NCBI GenBank assembly: GCA_041685955.1
Contig: JAWLET010000002.1
Span: 1 to 46,713 of the forward strand
Direction of reading: 5' to 3'
Source of the DNA: Desulfobacteraceae bacterium
GTDB lineage: Bacteria; Desulfobacterota; DSM-4660; Desulfatiglandales; Desulfatiglandaceae
DNA length: 46,713 nucleotides
Positions 37,205 to 46,609 of this stretch are shown one piece after another. The notes beneath the pieces were generated by a model. It ran no database searches. It saw only the letters and a list, made by a program, of their open reading frames with translations, and had not been told where the DNA came from. The position numbers and the translations under genes were made by a program. Within the stretch, counting starts at the first letter, position 1. Every line of letters begins with the position of its first letter.

Positions 37205-39022
37205 CTACTGTGGTTTCACTAACTGCTTCATCCGTTGGATCAGCTCACTCGGAGGGACATAGGACTCAATTCTCAGGGGTTTTACTTCCTTCCCTTTGCG
37301 GTCCATAAACACCACCGTGGGGACCCCCCGTATGCGGTACTGGGCCTGCAGTTTTTCCTGCTCAGGGTGGGAGGTGGTCAGATCCACGCGGAGGTTCACA
37401 AAGTGCCGGCTCAGCTTTACCACTTGGGGATCGGTGAACACGTTTCGGTCCATGGTTTTGCAGGGACCGCACCAGTCCGCATAAAAATCGATCATCACCG
37501 GTTTTTCCGACTCTACAGCCCGTGTCAAACGGGCGCTGCTGTAGTCGACCCAGTCCACCCCGTCGCTGGTCGGGGGCATCAGCATCAGGGGCAGGATAAA
37601 GGCCCCGGCCACCAGGATAACGCCCACCAGTTTTTTGATGCGTGAGAAAACAGGCAGATGCTTTCCCTCCTTATCCAGCCAGCCCAAATGGAGCCCGGCG
37701 GCCAGGAGGATGAGGCCCAAAAGGGCCTGTTTCAGGAAGGGGTCGTGGATCAGGGGTTGCAGGAGATAGCCGGCCATCCCCATGAGAACCCAGCCCAGGG
37801 CCTTGCGGATCCAGACCATCCATACCCCGGATACCGGGAGTTTGTTCACCGCCCCGGAAAAGACGGCCAGCACGGCCAGGGGAAGGCCCATGCCGATGCT
37901 CAGCACAAAGAAATAGAGGAATCCCAGGAAAGGGTCCCCCTTTTGTCCCACATAGGTCAAAAGGCCCAGGATAAACGGTCCGAGACACGGGGCCGCCACA
38001 ATTCCCAGGGTCAGGCCCATGAAAAAGGTGCCCAAGATACCCCCGAACCGCCTGGCGGCCAGTCCGCTGAGCCCGGCCGGGATCCGCAGTTCCCAAAACC
38101 CGAAAAAACTGAAGGCCAGGGTGACCAGGATGCCGGCTACCACTCCCAGCACAATGGGGTTCTGAAGGACCGCCCCCAGTATGTTGCCGGACAGGCTGGC
38201 TGCAAGGCCCAATATGGAGTTGGTAAAGGCCAGCCCCAGGATGTAGAAAACCCCGTGGATCACCGTGTGTCCCCCCATGCGGTCTCCGCTTCCCCCGAAA
38301 TAGGAGACCGTAATGGGGATGAGGGGATAAATGCACGGGGTCAGATTGAGGGCCAGACCGCCCAGAAACACGCCCAGCAGGGTCAGCCACAGACCGGCCC
38401 CGAATTGTCGGGCCAGTGCCCGATCTTCCGGTGGAAAATCCTCGCGCTTTGGATCGGGATCTTTGACAAATACCTCCCGGTTCAACTTCGTGACCGGGGT
38501 CTCGGGAGAGACCACGGGTATTTGAACGGGGATGAGTACCTTCTCGGGCGGGAGGCACGAATCCTCCGAACAGGCCTGATAGGATAAGGCCCCGTTGATT
38601 TCATACATGCCCACAGGGATATCCTTTTCAATAACAAGCGTTGCCCGTACCAGGATATTCCCGGAGTAGACCGCCACCGGTGCTTCCGTATAGGAGAAGG
38701 TCTTTTGTTGAGCTGCGGGAAACGTTATGTCCTTTACCTGGATGTGGGGGGATGCATTGATTGTCAACCTTGTGGGGTACAGTCCGCTTTCACCCGCTTC
38801 AGTGGCATGAATATACCAGGGACTGGCGATGTGGATGGAAAAGGCGACGGGGTACTCCCCTTCCGGGGGATAACCGTCCCGGGATTGAACCATGTCCACC
38901 CGGGCCACTGCCGCCTGAACGGACTGGGCCGGGAAAAAGATACCCGTAAGGAGGATCAGGGATAGGGCATAAAACGCCGGGAGGGACTTTCGGCTCCAGC
39001 ACATGGACGTATCAATCCGCAT
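37205..39022 (-). CDS. dsbD: Thiol:disulfide interchange protein DsbD-like (periplasmic N-domain, CcdA-type TM core, C-terminal thioredoxin)
   Basis: Start chosen at the ATG at 39022, with GGAGG ~9 nt upstream. Alternative ATGs are at 39040 and 39004. Signal peptide ...FFPAQSVQA. TM-core cysteines sit in LNLTPCIYPL and AAPCLGPF. The C-terminal thioredoxin motif is WCGPCK. Confidence 0.88.
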   Translation of the reverse strand: MRIDTSMCWSRKSLPAFYALSLILLTGIFFPAQSVQAAVARVDMVQSRDGYPPEGEYPVAFSIHIASPWYIHATEAGESGLYPTRLTINASPHIQVKDITFPAAQQKTFSYTEAPVAVYSGNILVRATLVIEKDIPVGMYEINGALSYQACSEDSCLPPEKVLIPVQIPVVSPETPVTKLNREVFVKDPDPKREDFPPEDRALARQFGAGLWLTLLGVFLGGLALNLTPCIYPLIPITVSYFGGSGDRMGGHTVIHGVFYILGLAFTNSILGLAASLSGNILGAVLQNPIVLGVVAGILVTLAFSFFGFWELRIPAGLSGLAARRFGGILGTFFMGLTLGIVAAPCLGPFILGLLTYVGQKGDPFLGFLYFFVLSIGMGLPLAVLAVFSGAVNKLPVSGVWMVWIRKALGWVLMGMAGYLLQPLIHDPFLKQALLGLILLAAGLHLGWLDKEGKHLPVFSRIKKLVGVILVAGAFILPLMLMPPTSDGVDWVDYSSARLTRAVESEKPVMIDFYADWCGPCKTMDRNVFTDPQVVKLSRHFVNLRVDLTTSHPEQEKLQAQYRIRGVPTVVFMDRKGKEVKPLRIESYVPPSELIQRMKQLVKPQ

Positions 39023-39118
39023 ACAGGATACCCCTCCCATTATATTGCCTGCAGGGCCCCGGATATTCGATCTTCATTTCCAGGGTGCAACCCTCTTGTG
39101 CCCTCTCTGATGTATGGC

Positions 39119-40405
39119 TCATGGCGACTCCTCCATTCTGGTGAACGCCCGCATCCCGGGGATGGAGCGATAGACCCGGATAAAGCTGTCGTAAAAGTCA
39201 AAGTCGTCATCTTCGGCCTCCACTTCATATTGAATGTCCACCTGGCGAAGTACACACAACTGTTCCTTTACATTGGAGGCTTGAAACAGGGGGATGCCCG
39301 AAGGGGCCCATAGCCCGGAACTTCCCCAGAAGTTGTAGCCGCCCTGGTGCTGTACACCCACCGAATTGCAGGCAATCATCCAAATCTGGTTGGTAGCGGC
39401 GCGGGCCGCAGCCATAAGATTCCATTGGTATCCGTAATACCGGTCCGTGCGTACATTCGCCAGGGGATAGCTCCGCACCGCAGAACCCCGCCAGCTGGCA
39501 AGCTGGATCACCCCGTCGACCCTGTTTTTCATGCCATAGATTTCGTACAGCTGCGAGAAGCACATGTCATAGCAGGTGGTGAATCCGAAACGGCCCCACG
39601 GGGTGGTGACCACCAGCACATCATCCTGTCCCGAGCGTTCATAGACCTTCTCAATGCCCGGGAGAAATGTCTTGTCGTATATGTGGGCGGCATCATTTTT
39701 GGAAAGATCGTTACAATCGAAGTCTTTGTCCACCACATAGGTGGAATTGAGCAGCTTGTTCTCAGGGCCGGCCTTTGGGGAGGGATTGGCCGGATCCCTG
39801 CGCAGGGCGTTAAAGATAATGTATTGCAATTTATCATCCAATTTGGCCTTCAGTTGTCTGAGCCAGTCCTTGTGGTTGTTGAGGGCTCCCTTGTTCATAT
39901 AGGCCCAGCAGTCTGCGTACCCTTTTGGGTTGTATGCGGCAAGCATATCCCGATGGGGATCCTTTTTTTCCCCTTCTTCCTTCAGATTCGTTTGTGCTTT
40001 GGGGTCCGGTCCCTTGCGCGTGTGCCACTGGGGATCGGGCCAGAAATACCCGGTCAGGGAAAACTCTGGAAACAGAACCATGTTGGCGCCTTTTTCCCTT
40101 GCCAGTTCCACCAGTTTCAATATCCTGGCCTTGTTCTGTTCAATGCCGACCCCGGCCTCGATATCCGCCTGGGTGTTGGAAACCATGTTGTGAATATTGG
40201 CCAGGGCCAGCGTCAGGGCGTCCTTCTCATGGGAGAAGGTCCTTTCAATGACCCGGATATCACCCGCCCCGGCCGAAGCAAACGATCCCACCACGAATAG
40301 AGCGACCAGCAGGATCGTCCCCAGGGTGCGGCCCGAATGTTTCTGGGCGCCGGATACGGTTATTGCAGTCCCTCTCCCTTGAGCAGGCCGGTTACTTTGC
40401 TTCAT
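39119..40405 (-). CDS. Exported carbon-nitrogen hydrolase (nitrilase superfamily) family protein
   Basis: 428 aa. The N-terminal hydrophobic signal/anchor is GTILLVALFVVGSFASAGA. Candidate catalytic triad: E114 (LFPEFSLTGY), K245 (IYDKTFLPG) and C278 (TTCYDMCF). GGAG lies upstream of the ATG. Confidence 0.85.
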   Translation of the reverse strand: MKQSNRPAQGRGTAITVSGAQKHSGRTLGTILLVALFVVGSFASAGAGDIRVIERTFSHEKDALTLALANIHNMVSNTQADIEAGVGIEQNKARILKLVELAREKGANMVLFPEFSLTGYFWPDPQWHTRKGPDPKAQTNLKEEGEKKDPHRDMLAAYNPKGYADCWAYMNKGALNNHKDWLRQLKAKLDDKLQYIIFNALRRDPANPSPKAGPENKLLNSTYVVDKDFDCNDLSKNDAAHIYDKTFLPGIEKVYERSGQDDVLVVTTPWGRFGFTTCYDMCFSQLYEIYGMKNRVDGVIQLASWRGSAVRSYPLANVRTDRYYGYQWNLMAAARAATNQIWMIACNSVGVQHQGGYNFWGSSGLWAPSGIPLFQASNVKEQLCVLRQVDIQYEVEAEDDDFDFYDSFIRVYRSIPGMRAFTRMEESP

Positions 40406-40553
40406 GGTGATGCGCTCCTTCCCCGTTTTGGTGTGGTGATAATCTTGATTTGGCGGGTCCTGTCTGGTTTTTTATGTTTTTGCGTGTCGGGCGCCCTCCC
40501 GGGGTGGGAGGCTTCGACAGATGTACGGAACATGTGAACGGTCTCTTGTTTTA

Positions 40554-41849
40554 TTACCCGGCAGTGCTGTCTGAGCCTGTGTTTTCATATAACGGTCGAC
40601 AATGGGTCTCTTTGGAGAACAGGGCCATAAACAGGGCCATGATCACCAGGCCCGCCAGGGTGCTGAGAGCGATCCGGTAGTCGCCTATGGTGGGCGATTT
40701 TCCGCCCAGAACATCCAGTATGGCGCCCACGCCGGGTTGAAAGACGGCGCTGCTCGCTACCGAGCAGGTATTGACAAATCCCACGGAAATGCCTGCCGAC
40801 CCAGGCGGACGCACATCGTTGGCCAAGGCGAATGACACCACATAGGCGCTGCACATGAAGCCCTGAACAATCAGCAGGGTATAGAGCAGGGACAATGGCA
40901 TGTTGGGTCCGTAGATGACAAATGCCAACACCGCGACTGCAATCACTGCCGCACCCAGCATGGGCAGTTTGCGGCGCTGGATTTTGTCGGAGAACCAGCC
41001 GAAGAAAAAACTCCCCGGTATGCCGCCCACAAAGAGCATGGACATGGCCCCTTCGGCCTGCACTTTGGTGACCCCGTAATAATCGACCAGGAAATCCGCG
41101 CCCCACAGGGCCCCGAAAACGAAGTAGATGGCATTCATGCCGGATACATAGGCCCCGCACATCCAGGTCTGTCCGCTGGAGAATACATGCTTCAAGTCGG
41201 AGAGCGTCTTGTGCCCTCCCCGACTTCGCTGGGGGTGATCCTCCCACCGGGTGGCGTGGGCCGGGTGATCACGGACCACAAAAATGATGAGTGCGGCCAG
41301 CCCTGTCCCCACAAAGGCCAGCATCCAGATGGTGGGACGCCATCCAAAGGCGCTCACAGCTGCGGACAAGGGCGCCTCACCGCTGATGCCGCCGATCATG
41401 CCGATGAGCGAGGTGAGGCCCACCAGGGTGGCGAAATACTGATGCGGGAACCAGTTGGAAATGAGTTTGAGGCAGGACACAAAGGAAAATGCGGTGCCGG
41501 CCCCGATCATTAACCGGGCCATTTCCGCGGCCAGGGCGCTGTCGGCCAGGGCGAGAAGGATGTTGCCGGCCACGGCCACTGCGGCCGCCGCAATCAGGGG
41601 GCGGTGCGGACCGAAATGGTCCCCGATTACCCCTACCGGTATCTGCATAATCCCATAAGAATAGAAATAAAACCCGGCGATGACCCCCAGGGTGGCATTA
41701 TCAATATGAAATGCCTTGATCCAGTACGGACCCATGGCCCCGGGCGCCACCTGCTGCAGATAATCCCAGAAAAAATAGCCGGTGGCAATGGCCCAGATAA
41801 ACCACGCCAGGATGGAACCGTGACCGTATTTTTTGGCCATGGTGGTCAT
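40554..41849 (-). CDS. MFS transporter (anion:cation symporter-like)
   Basis: 431 aa with ~12 TM helices and the MFS loop motif GVIGDHFGPHRP. Confidence 0.9.
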   Translation of the reverse strand: MTTMAKKYGHGSILAWFIWAIATGYFFWDYLQQVAPGAMGPYWIKAFHIDNATLGVIAGFYFYSYGIMQIPVGVIGDHFGPHRPLIAAAAVAVAGNILLALADSALAAEMARLMIGAGTAFSFVSCLKLISNWFPHQYFATLVGLTSLIGMIGGISGEAPLSAAVSAFGWRPTIWMLAFVGTGLAALIIFVVRDHPAHATRWEDHPQRSRGGHKTLSDLKHVFSSGQTWMCGAYVSGMNAIYFVFGALWGADFLVDYYGVTKVQAEGAMSMLFVGGIPGSFFFGWFSDKIQRRKLPMLGAAVIAVAVLAFVIYGPNMPLSLLYTLLIVQGFMCSAYVVSFALANDVRPPGSAGISVGFVNTCSVASSAVFQPGVGAILDVLGGKSPTIGDYRIALSTLAGLVIMALFMALFSKETHCRPLYENTGSDSTAG

Positions 41850-41902
41850 ATGTCGTCTCCACTCCGCTTCTTGAGTCTATGGGGGATTAAAACGATTGTA
41901 GA

Positions 41903-41931
41903 ACCATATATGAATATGGGGCCAAAGTCAA
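41903..41931 (-). promoter_or_regulatory. Candidate sigma70-type promoter for the MFS transporter gene
   Basis: On the minus strand: TTGACT (41931-41926), a 17-nt spacer, then TATGGT (41908-41903), ~55 nt upstream of the ATG at 41849. Confidence 0.35.
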
Positions 41932-42127
41932 ACCAGGGCCCAGGAGTATGTGCCCCACGGCTGAATATGTTCCCGGGTAAGGGTGAATCCCGCCAGATTT
42001 ATTCTTTGGTAGGGCCGATCACGGTATGGGCTGTTGAGATGAGCGGTCGAAGATCTCCGCTGCAAGCGAAAATTAACCCCCCGGCATCCAACGTCGAAGG
42101 AAAGACCCTGTCAGAGAATCTCGCATG

Positions 42128-45100
42128 TCAACCTTCCTCATGTTCATCAATTTTCAACTTCCCCAGGTATACGGAGCCCTCAAGGCCGTCCATGCTGATC
42201 CAGTCCCCGGAATGAAGTGTGGTCTGGTCAAAGGCGCAGCTCCTCTCCTTTTCCGAACAGACCAGATTCGGGCACCCCACCACACAGGTCTTCTCCAGCC
42301 GGTGGGCCACAATAGCGGCATGTGAGGTGGACCCGCCTCGTGCGGTTAACAGCCCGTCTGCTTCGTAGATCTCCGTGATGTCGTCCGGGACCGTATCGCT
42401 CCTGACCATGATGAGCGCGGTTTCGGGTTCTTTGGTTCGCCACTGTTTGATTTCGTCCAGGCTGAAGACCACCCGTCCGGTCATGGCCCCGCCACTGACC
42501 CCGATGCCGTGGCCGATGAGTTGAGCTGCCCCTTCGGGAGGAGTCCCAAAGGAGTAGACCTTTCTGCGCTCGCGGATGGCCATCTCCCGGGTCTGAAGGA
42601 AATACAGTTGGCTTGGGCTGGATCCCTCAAAGGTGAACTCTATCTCCTGGGGGCTCCAGTTTTCATCATAGATAAGCCCCTTGGCCCGTTCTCTTAGGGT
42701 ATCATAGATTTCCGGAAACAGGGTCTCCAAGGTCGTAGACGTCTCGCGGTTTTCAATCTCGGCCTGTGTTTCGGAAATGGGAAGCGTCTTGACCAGACCC
42801 GAGACCACATCTTCACCCTGATTCCCCTGTGTGAAATCTCCCCACAGCATGAGCGTGTCTCCTGACCATCTGGGATTGTGGGTAAAAAAGACTCCGGCCC
42901 CTGAACTGGCTGAAAAATTACCAAATACCATGGCCTGGACCGTCACCGCCGTCCCCCAGTCATCGGAGATCCCCATGATCCGGCGGTAGGTCCGGGCCTT
43001 GGGGACATTCCATGAATCAAAGACCTTGCCGATGGCCACGTAGAGCTGTTCCAGGGGGTCCTCGACGATCTCGATGCCGTGGTCCCGGATCAGGCGCTTG
43101 TAGGTCATGGCCACTTCCCGCATATTTTCCCCTGAAAAATTGCGTTTGTACAATAATCCCAGCCGCTGTTTGAATTCATCAATGATGGCATCGAAATCAT
43201 CCCGGATGAGTCCGAAGGCCATGCCGTAGGACTGGAGAAACCTGCGGTAGGTATCCCAGCCGAACCAGTGGTTTCCGGTCTGCTGAATTAACCCGTGAAC
43301 GACGGCCTCGTTGATGCCCACATCCAGAAAGGTGTTCATCATGCCGGGCTGGGATACGGAAGAGCCGCTCCTCACCGAGAAGAGCAGGGGATTTTGGGGG
43401 TTGCCAAACGCTTTTCCCGAAACCCTGTTGATGTGTCCTACCTCAGCCGCTATTTGATCCTGAAAGTTCTTCTTGGCCGGGGGATAGTTGTCAATCACCT
43501 CACGGCACCTGAATACCTCGGTAGTGACGATGAACCCGGGAGGGACGGGAAACCCCAGGGCCTGCAGTTTTACCAGATTGAATCCCTTGCTTCCCAGATG
43601 GATGATGTCCAAAAGCCCTTTTCGGACCCGGTCCATTCGGGTGATGGCCTTTTGGGGGTCGTAACTGAGCAGCAGCTTGACGCGCTCGTCGGGAAGTTTA
43701 TGAGACTGATCAAAAAGGGTATGCAAAATGCGGCCCAGGAACAGGTCCAGTTGCTGCAGGCCCAGGGAGGAGGCAATACGATCCCGCAAAAAAACCTCTG
43801 TTACGCGGTTTGCTAAGCTATTGGAATCTTTTTGGTCTTCCGGGAAGCGGTACTTGGGCAGGAGATTTTCCTCAGGCAGGTGTTTGATAATCCTGAGTAG
43901 GTTGTCCTGGTGAGTGTTGTTGTAATAGTCGCTTACGATATTGCCCACCGCCTTGGAGAGGCCTCTGAAAATATCCAAGTACTGGGTATGGGAAAATCCC
44001 CTGATCTCCAAGGAATTGGCCAAAAGATCCAACTGTCGTCCCAACTCAATGGAGGAAATACCGTCCAGATCCAGGGCCCTTTCAAAGAGACGGAGGTGAT
44101 CCAGGATCTGGGAAAAGGTGGCCTTGGTAATGACCCTCAAATCGATCCCCTGGACCATCTCTTCAAACAGGGTGTTCAGGAGCGATTCCAGCCGGAAGGT
44201 CAGGCCCAGGGCCTCAAATTTCAACTCGTGGTAACTTCCGTACATGGAAGGGATATCCACGGTGAAATGTCGCTTTTGGTAGATGTCTTCTCTGATGTCA
44301 TAGGTCTCCTGGGACAGGATAACTCCCTTCAGGTCTTCAAGATAGCCCAGGATGCCCTGAAGCCGGTTTCTGGTGCCTTGCCGGGCCAGTGCCTCTTTGA
44401 GCCGGTGGAAATCGGGAAGATCGCTTGAGCGCAACTGGGAGAGGTAATCGTCCATCTGAGTAATGCCCGTCTGATATTTCTGGTACAAAAGCTTATACAG
44501 ATTGATCATGAGGGTTACCCGCTCGGAGTCTACGCCCGATGCACCGGGGACCTGGTTGATCAGGGCCTTTACAGATTCCTCTTCCATCCACACCAAATCC
44601 GGTATGTCAGAGATGTTCCCTTCCGTGACCATATGGTTCATGATTTTATGGACCCCGTCGATAAACGGTCCTCGGGTCTCCACTTCTTTCAAGACCGGTG
44701 CGGGCAGATAGGGGGCCAGCCCGGATTTATCCCCTGTTTTCCAGAAAGTAAGGGTGGCTTCCATGAGGGAAACGATTTGGTTGCTGCTCTCCACATGACT
44801 CTGCTTGCGGATAAAGTGGGAGAGGGGATCCTTTCTGAGGCATACCTCGTCGATCTGGGTGGAGATTTCTCTTAATTCCCCTTCGGCCCCGATGTCGCTG
44901 TAAAACACAGGGAGAATCCGGGCCAGTTGTTTGATCAGGTTGTAAACCGGTGCGATATCGTTGTTTAACAGGCGGGTAATGTCCCGGGGGAACAGGTCCG
45001 TGTCCCGGATTAACACCCCGCTCAGGGAGAGATTGATGATCAAGGAAGAGATCAGCTTTTTGGACCACTTGGGTTTGAGGCCGATCAGTTCAAGCCAGGT

Positions 45101-46351
45101 CCGGATATTCTGGAGATGGGCCGCATTGGCCCGGATCTGCCAGTCCTCTCCCACCCCTTTTATCTCAGGGGCCTGAAATCCCAGGGACACCATGCCGTCA
45201 ATGAAAAAATCGACCAGTTCGCTTTTATCGGTTTTGTACAGCGCTTTTCCCATATTCAGGACCGCGTGCAGGGCGGTCTCCGGAAACTTTTCCATGTTGT
45301 TTCTGAGGGTGCCGAAGATCTTTTCCAGAAACCGCTGAACCTCCTGAACCGGTTCATGTTCAATCACTCCGGTAAGACTTCGGTTGATGTCCCTCAGGTT
45401 CTGTTCATGAATGGAGGAAAGACCGTCGATGTTCATGATGTTCAACAGGGCCACCAGCTTAAGCTGTGGCCCTATGCTTCGGTCCGTGACCGAGGCCAAG
45501 AGCGCTTGCGGAATTTTACCGTAATCATGGACAATCCGTCCGAATCCGGGAAGGACCGCCAATTGTTCGAGTCGTTTTCGGGCGTCCTTTTCAGTTTTTT
45601 TCAAGATGGTGTCCAGACGCTCCTGATACGCCTTCAACTGCCGGTGGGAGACGGGTTTGAGGACTTCATTGATCCGGGCCTCACCGGTTTCCTCTTTGGA
45701 AAGATCTTGGAACCATCTAAGGGGGTCCTCCTGCTTCAACCAGTAGGCATAGGTGTACAGCAGCGTGTCTTCAAGCAGGGCATTGAGGGCCGTAACATCC
45801 AGGTGGGTGGCGGAGGCTTTGAGGATTTCCAAACAGTCCCCGGCAATGGCGCTTATCTGATAGAAGCTGGTCACAAACAGGTGAAATATTTCTTCGGGGT
45901 ATTGGCGGATTCTGTCAAACCCGTAATCCAGCAAAGGGGAGAAGCTTGGAAGTGAATCTTCCGCGTTTCGAATGATGTGCTGTAGAAAAAACAGGAGGTT
46001 GTCGGCGGCATCCCTTTTGACCGCTTCGGTCCGGGCCGATTCCAGGGCCTGGAAGAAGATATCCACATACAACCGGGCCGCTTCCGGGCCTTTGGAATGG
46101 GTTTTTACCACATGAAAGTAGTTGAGGGCATAGGACCGGGCCTCCTTGACGATATATTCCCAGTTTTTGTAAGGGTGGCAGATCTCTTCCAGGAGACCCT
46201 GCAGGCCTTGTTTGACCCCCGGATACCGCTCCATGACCTCAAGGAGGATTTTGTACCGTTCATCTACGGTGACATCGACCCGAGTACATTCCAGATTAAC
46301 CTGAAGGGCCTTGGATTTCATGCCTCCATCGCTCCTGATCCATCCATTCAT
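42128..46351 (-). CDS. Giant dikinase-like protein: ~900-aa unrecognised helical N-terminal region + PPDK/PEP-synthase-type ATP-grasp nucleotide-binding domain + phosphohistidine swivel domain; no PEP/pyruvate-binding domain
   Basis: 1407 aa. From aa ~918 (nt <=43600) it shows HLGSKGFNLVKLQALGFPVPPGFIVTTEVF, FSVRSGSSVSQPGMMNTFLDVGIN, WGTAVTVQAMVFGN, QGEDVVSGL and EIEFTFE...LYFLQTR. The swivel motif is LLTARGGSTSHAAIVAHRLEKTCVVGC, with the His codon at 42320-42322. The ORF ends ~60 aa later. An alternative start is the ATG at 46321. Confidence 0.9.
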   Translation of the reverse strand: MNGWIRSDGGMKSKALQVNLECTRVDVTVDERYKILLEVMERYPGVKQGLQGLLEEICHPYKNWEYIVKEARSYALNYFHVVKTHSKGPEAARLYVDIFFQALESARTEAVKRDAADNLLFFLQHIIRNAEDSLPSFSPLLDYGFDRIRQYPEEIFHLFVTSFYQISAIAGDCLEILKASATHLDVTALNALLEDTLLYTYAYWLKQEDPLRWFQDLSKEETGEARINEVLKPVSHRQLKAYQERLDTILKKTEKDARKRLEQLAVLPGFGRIVHDYGKIPQALLASVTDRSIGPQLKLVALLNIMNIDGLSSIHEQNLRDINRSLTGVIEHEPVQEVQRFLEKIFGTLRNNMEKFPETALHAVLNMGKALYKTDKSELVDFFIDGMVSLGFQAPEIKGVGEDWQIRANAAHLQNIRTWLELIGLKPKWSKKLISSLIINLSLSGVLIRDTDLFPRDITRLLNNDIAPVYNLIKQLARILPVFYSDIGAEGELREISTQIDEVCLRKDPLSHFIRKQSHVESSNQIVSLMEATLTFWKTGDKSGLAPYLPAPVLKEVETRGPFIDGVHKIMNHMVTEGNISDIPDLVWMEEESVKALINQVPGASGVDSERVTLMINLYKLLYQKYQTGITQMDDYLSQLRSSDLPDFHRLKEALARQGTRNRLQGILGYLEDLKGVILSQETYDIREDIYQKRHFTVDIPSMYGSYHELKFEALGLTFRLESLLNTLFEEMVQGIDLRVITKATFSQILDHLRLFERALDLDGISSIELGRQLDLLANSLEIRGFSHTQYLDIFRGLSKAVGNIVSDYYNNTHQDNLLRIIKHLPEENLLPKYRFPEDQKDSNSLANRVTEVFLRDRIASSLGLQQLDLFLGRILHTLFDQSHKLPDERVKLLLSYDPQKAITRMDRVRKGLLDIIHLGSKGFNLVKLQALGFPVPPGFIVTTEVFRCREVIDNYPPAKKNFQDQIAAEVGHINRVSGKAFGNPQNPLLFSVRSGSSVSQPGMMNTFLDVGINEAVVHGLIQQTGNHWFGWDTYRRFLQSYGMAFGLIRDDFDAIIDEFKQRLGLLYKRNFSGENMREVAMTYKRLIRDHGIEIVEDPLEQLYVAIGKVFDSWNVPKARTYRRIMGISDDWGTAVTVQAMVFGNFSASSGAGVFFTHNPRWSGDTLMLWGDFTQGNQGEDVVSGLVKTLPISETQAEIENRETSTTLETLFPEIYDTLRERAKGLIYDENWSPQEIEFTFEGSSPSQLYFLQTREMAIRERRKVYSFGTPPEGAAQLIGHGIGVSGGAMTGRVVFSLDEIKQWRTKEPETALIMVRSDTVPDDITEIYEADGLLTARGGSTSHAAIVAHRLEKTCVVGCPNLVCSEKERSCAFDQTTLHSGDWISMDGLEGSVYLGKLKIDEHEEG

Positions 46352-46459
46352 CAGCCTTTGAGGCTGACAGACTATGGCATAATGTTACCTCATTCAGGGG
46401 AAAGAGGTCCAGTCCAAACCTGATTTTTAGGTGCAAACGCCCAAAGACAATGCGAGGGG

Positions 46460-46480
46460 CGCCCCCCCACCCGGGGGGCG
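46460..46480 (-). terminator. GC-rich hairpin downstream of the partial gene at the window end (terminator candidate)
   Basis: CGCCCCCC (46460-46467) / GGGGGGCG (46473-46480) form an 8-bp stem with a 5-nt loop, ~130 nt downstream of the minus-strand stop at 46610. The trailing sequence is only weakly T-rich. Confidence 0.35.
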
Positions 46481-46609
46481 TTGGGAGCCGAGGTCCCTGG
46501 ATGGAAGGGATTATCTGCGAGGTACTTCAGTGATTTTCAAGTTGGCGATCTTGTGCAGGATTCCATTTTGAACCGGGCTGAAGGGCATACGGGGGCTGGC
46601 CGTGAGCCC

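Noticed and set aside
37658-38587. 309-aa plus-strand and 295-aa minus-strand alternative-frame ORFs within dsbD
   Set aside because: The DsbD frame carries the diagnostic TM-core cysteines and WCGPCK. The alternatives are Gly/Pro/Arg-rich artefacts of GC-rich membrane-protein coding sequence.
39347-40300. 317-aa plus-strand ORF opposite the CN-hydrolase gene
   Set aside because: It is a shadow ORF. The minus-strand frame contains the Glu/Lys/Cys triad context.
40495-40511. GC-rich hairpin CCTCCC-ggggt-GGGAGG between the MFS and CN-hydrolase genes
   Set aside because: On the transcribed (minus) strand it is followed by an A-rich rather than a U-rich tract, so it is not a canonical intrinsic terminator. 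It may be incidental.
45116-45955. 279-aa plus-strand ORF inside the giant dikinase-like gene (with similar ones at 43295-43816 and 43910-44428)
   Set aside because: These are antisense to one uninterrupted 1407-codon frame, and no independent start signals are present.
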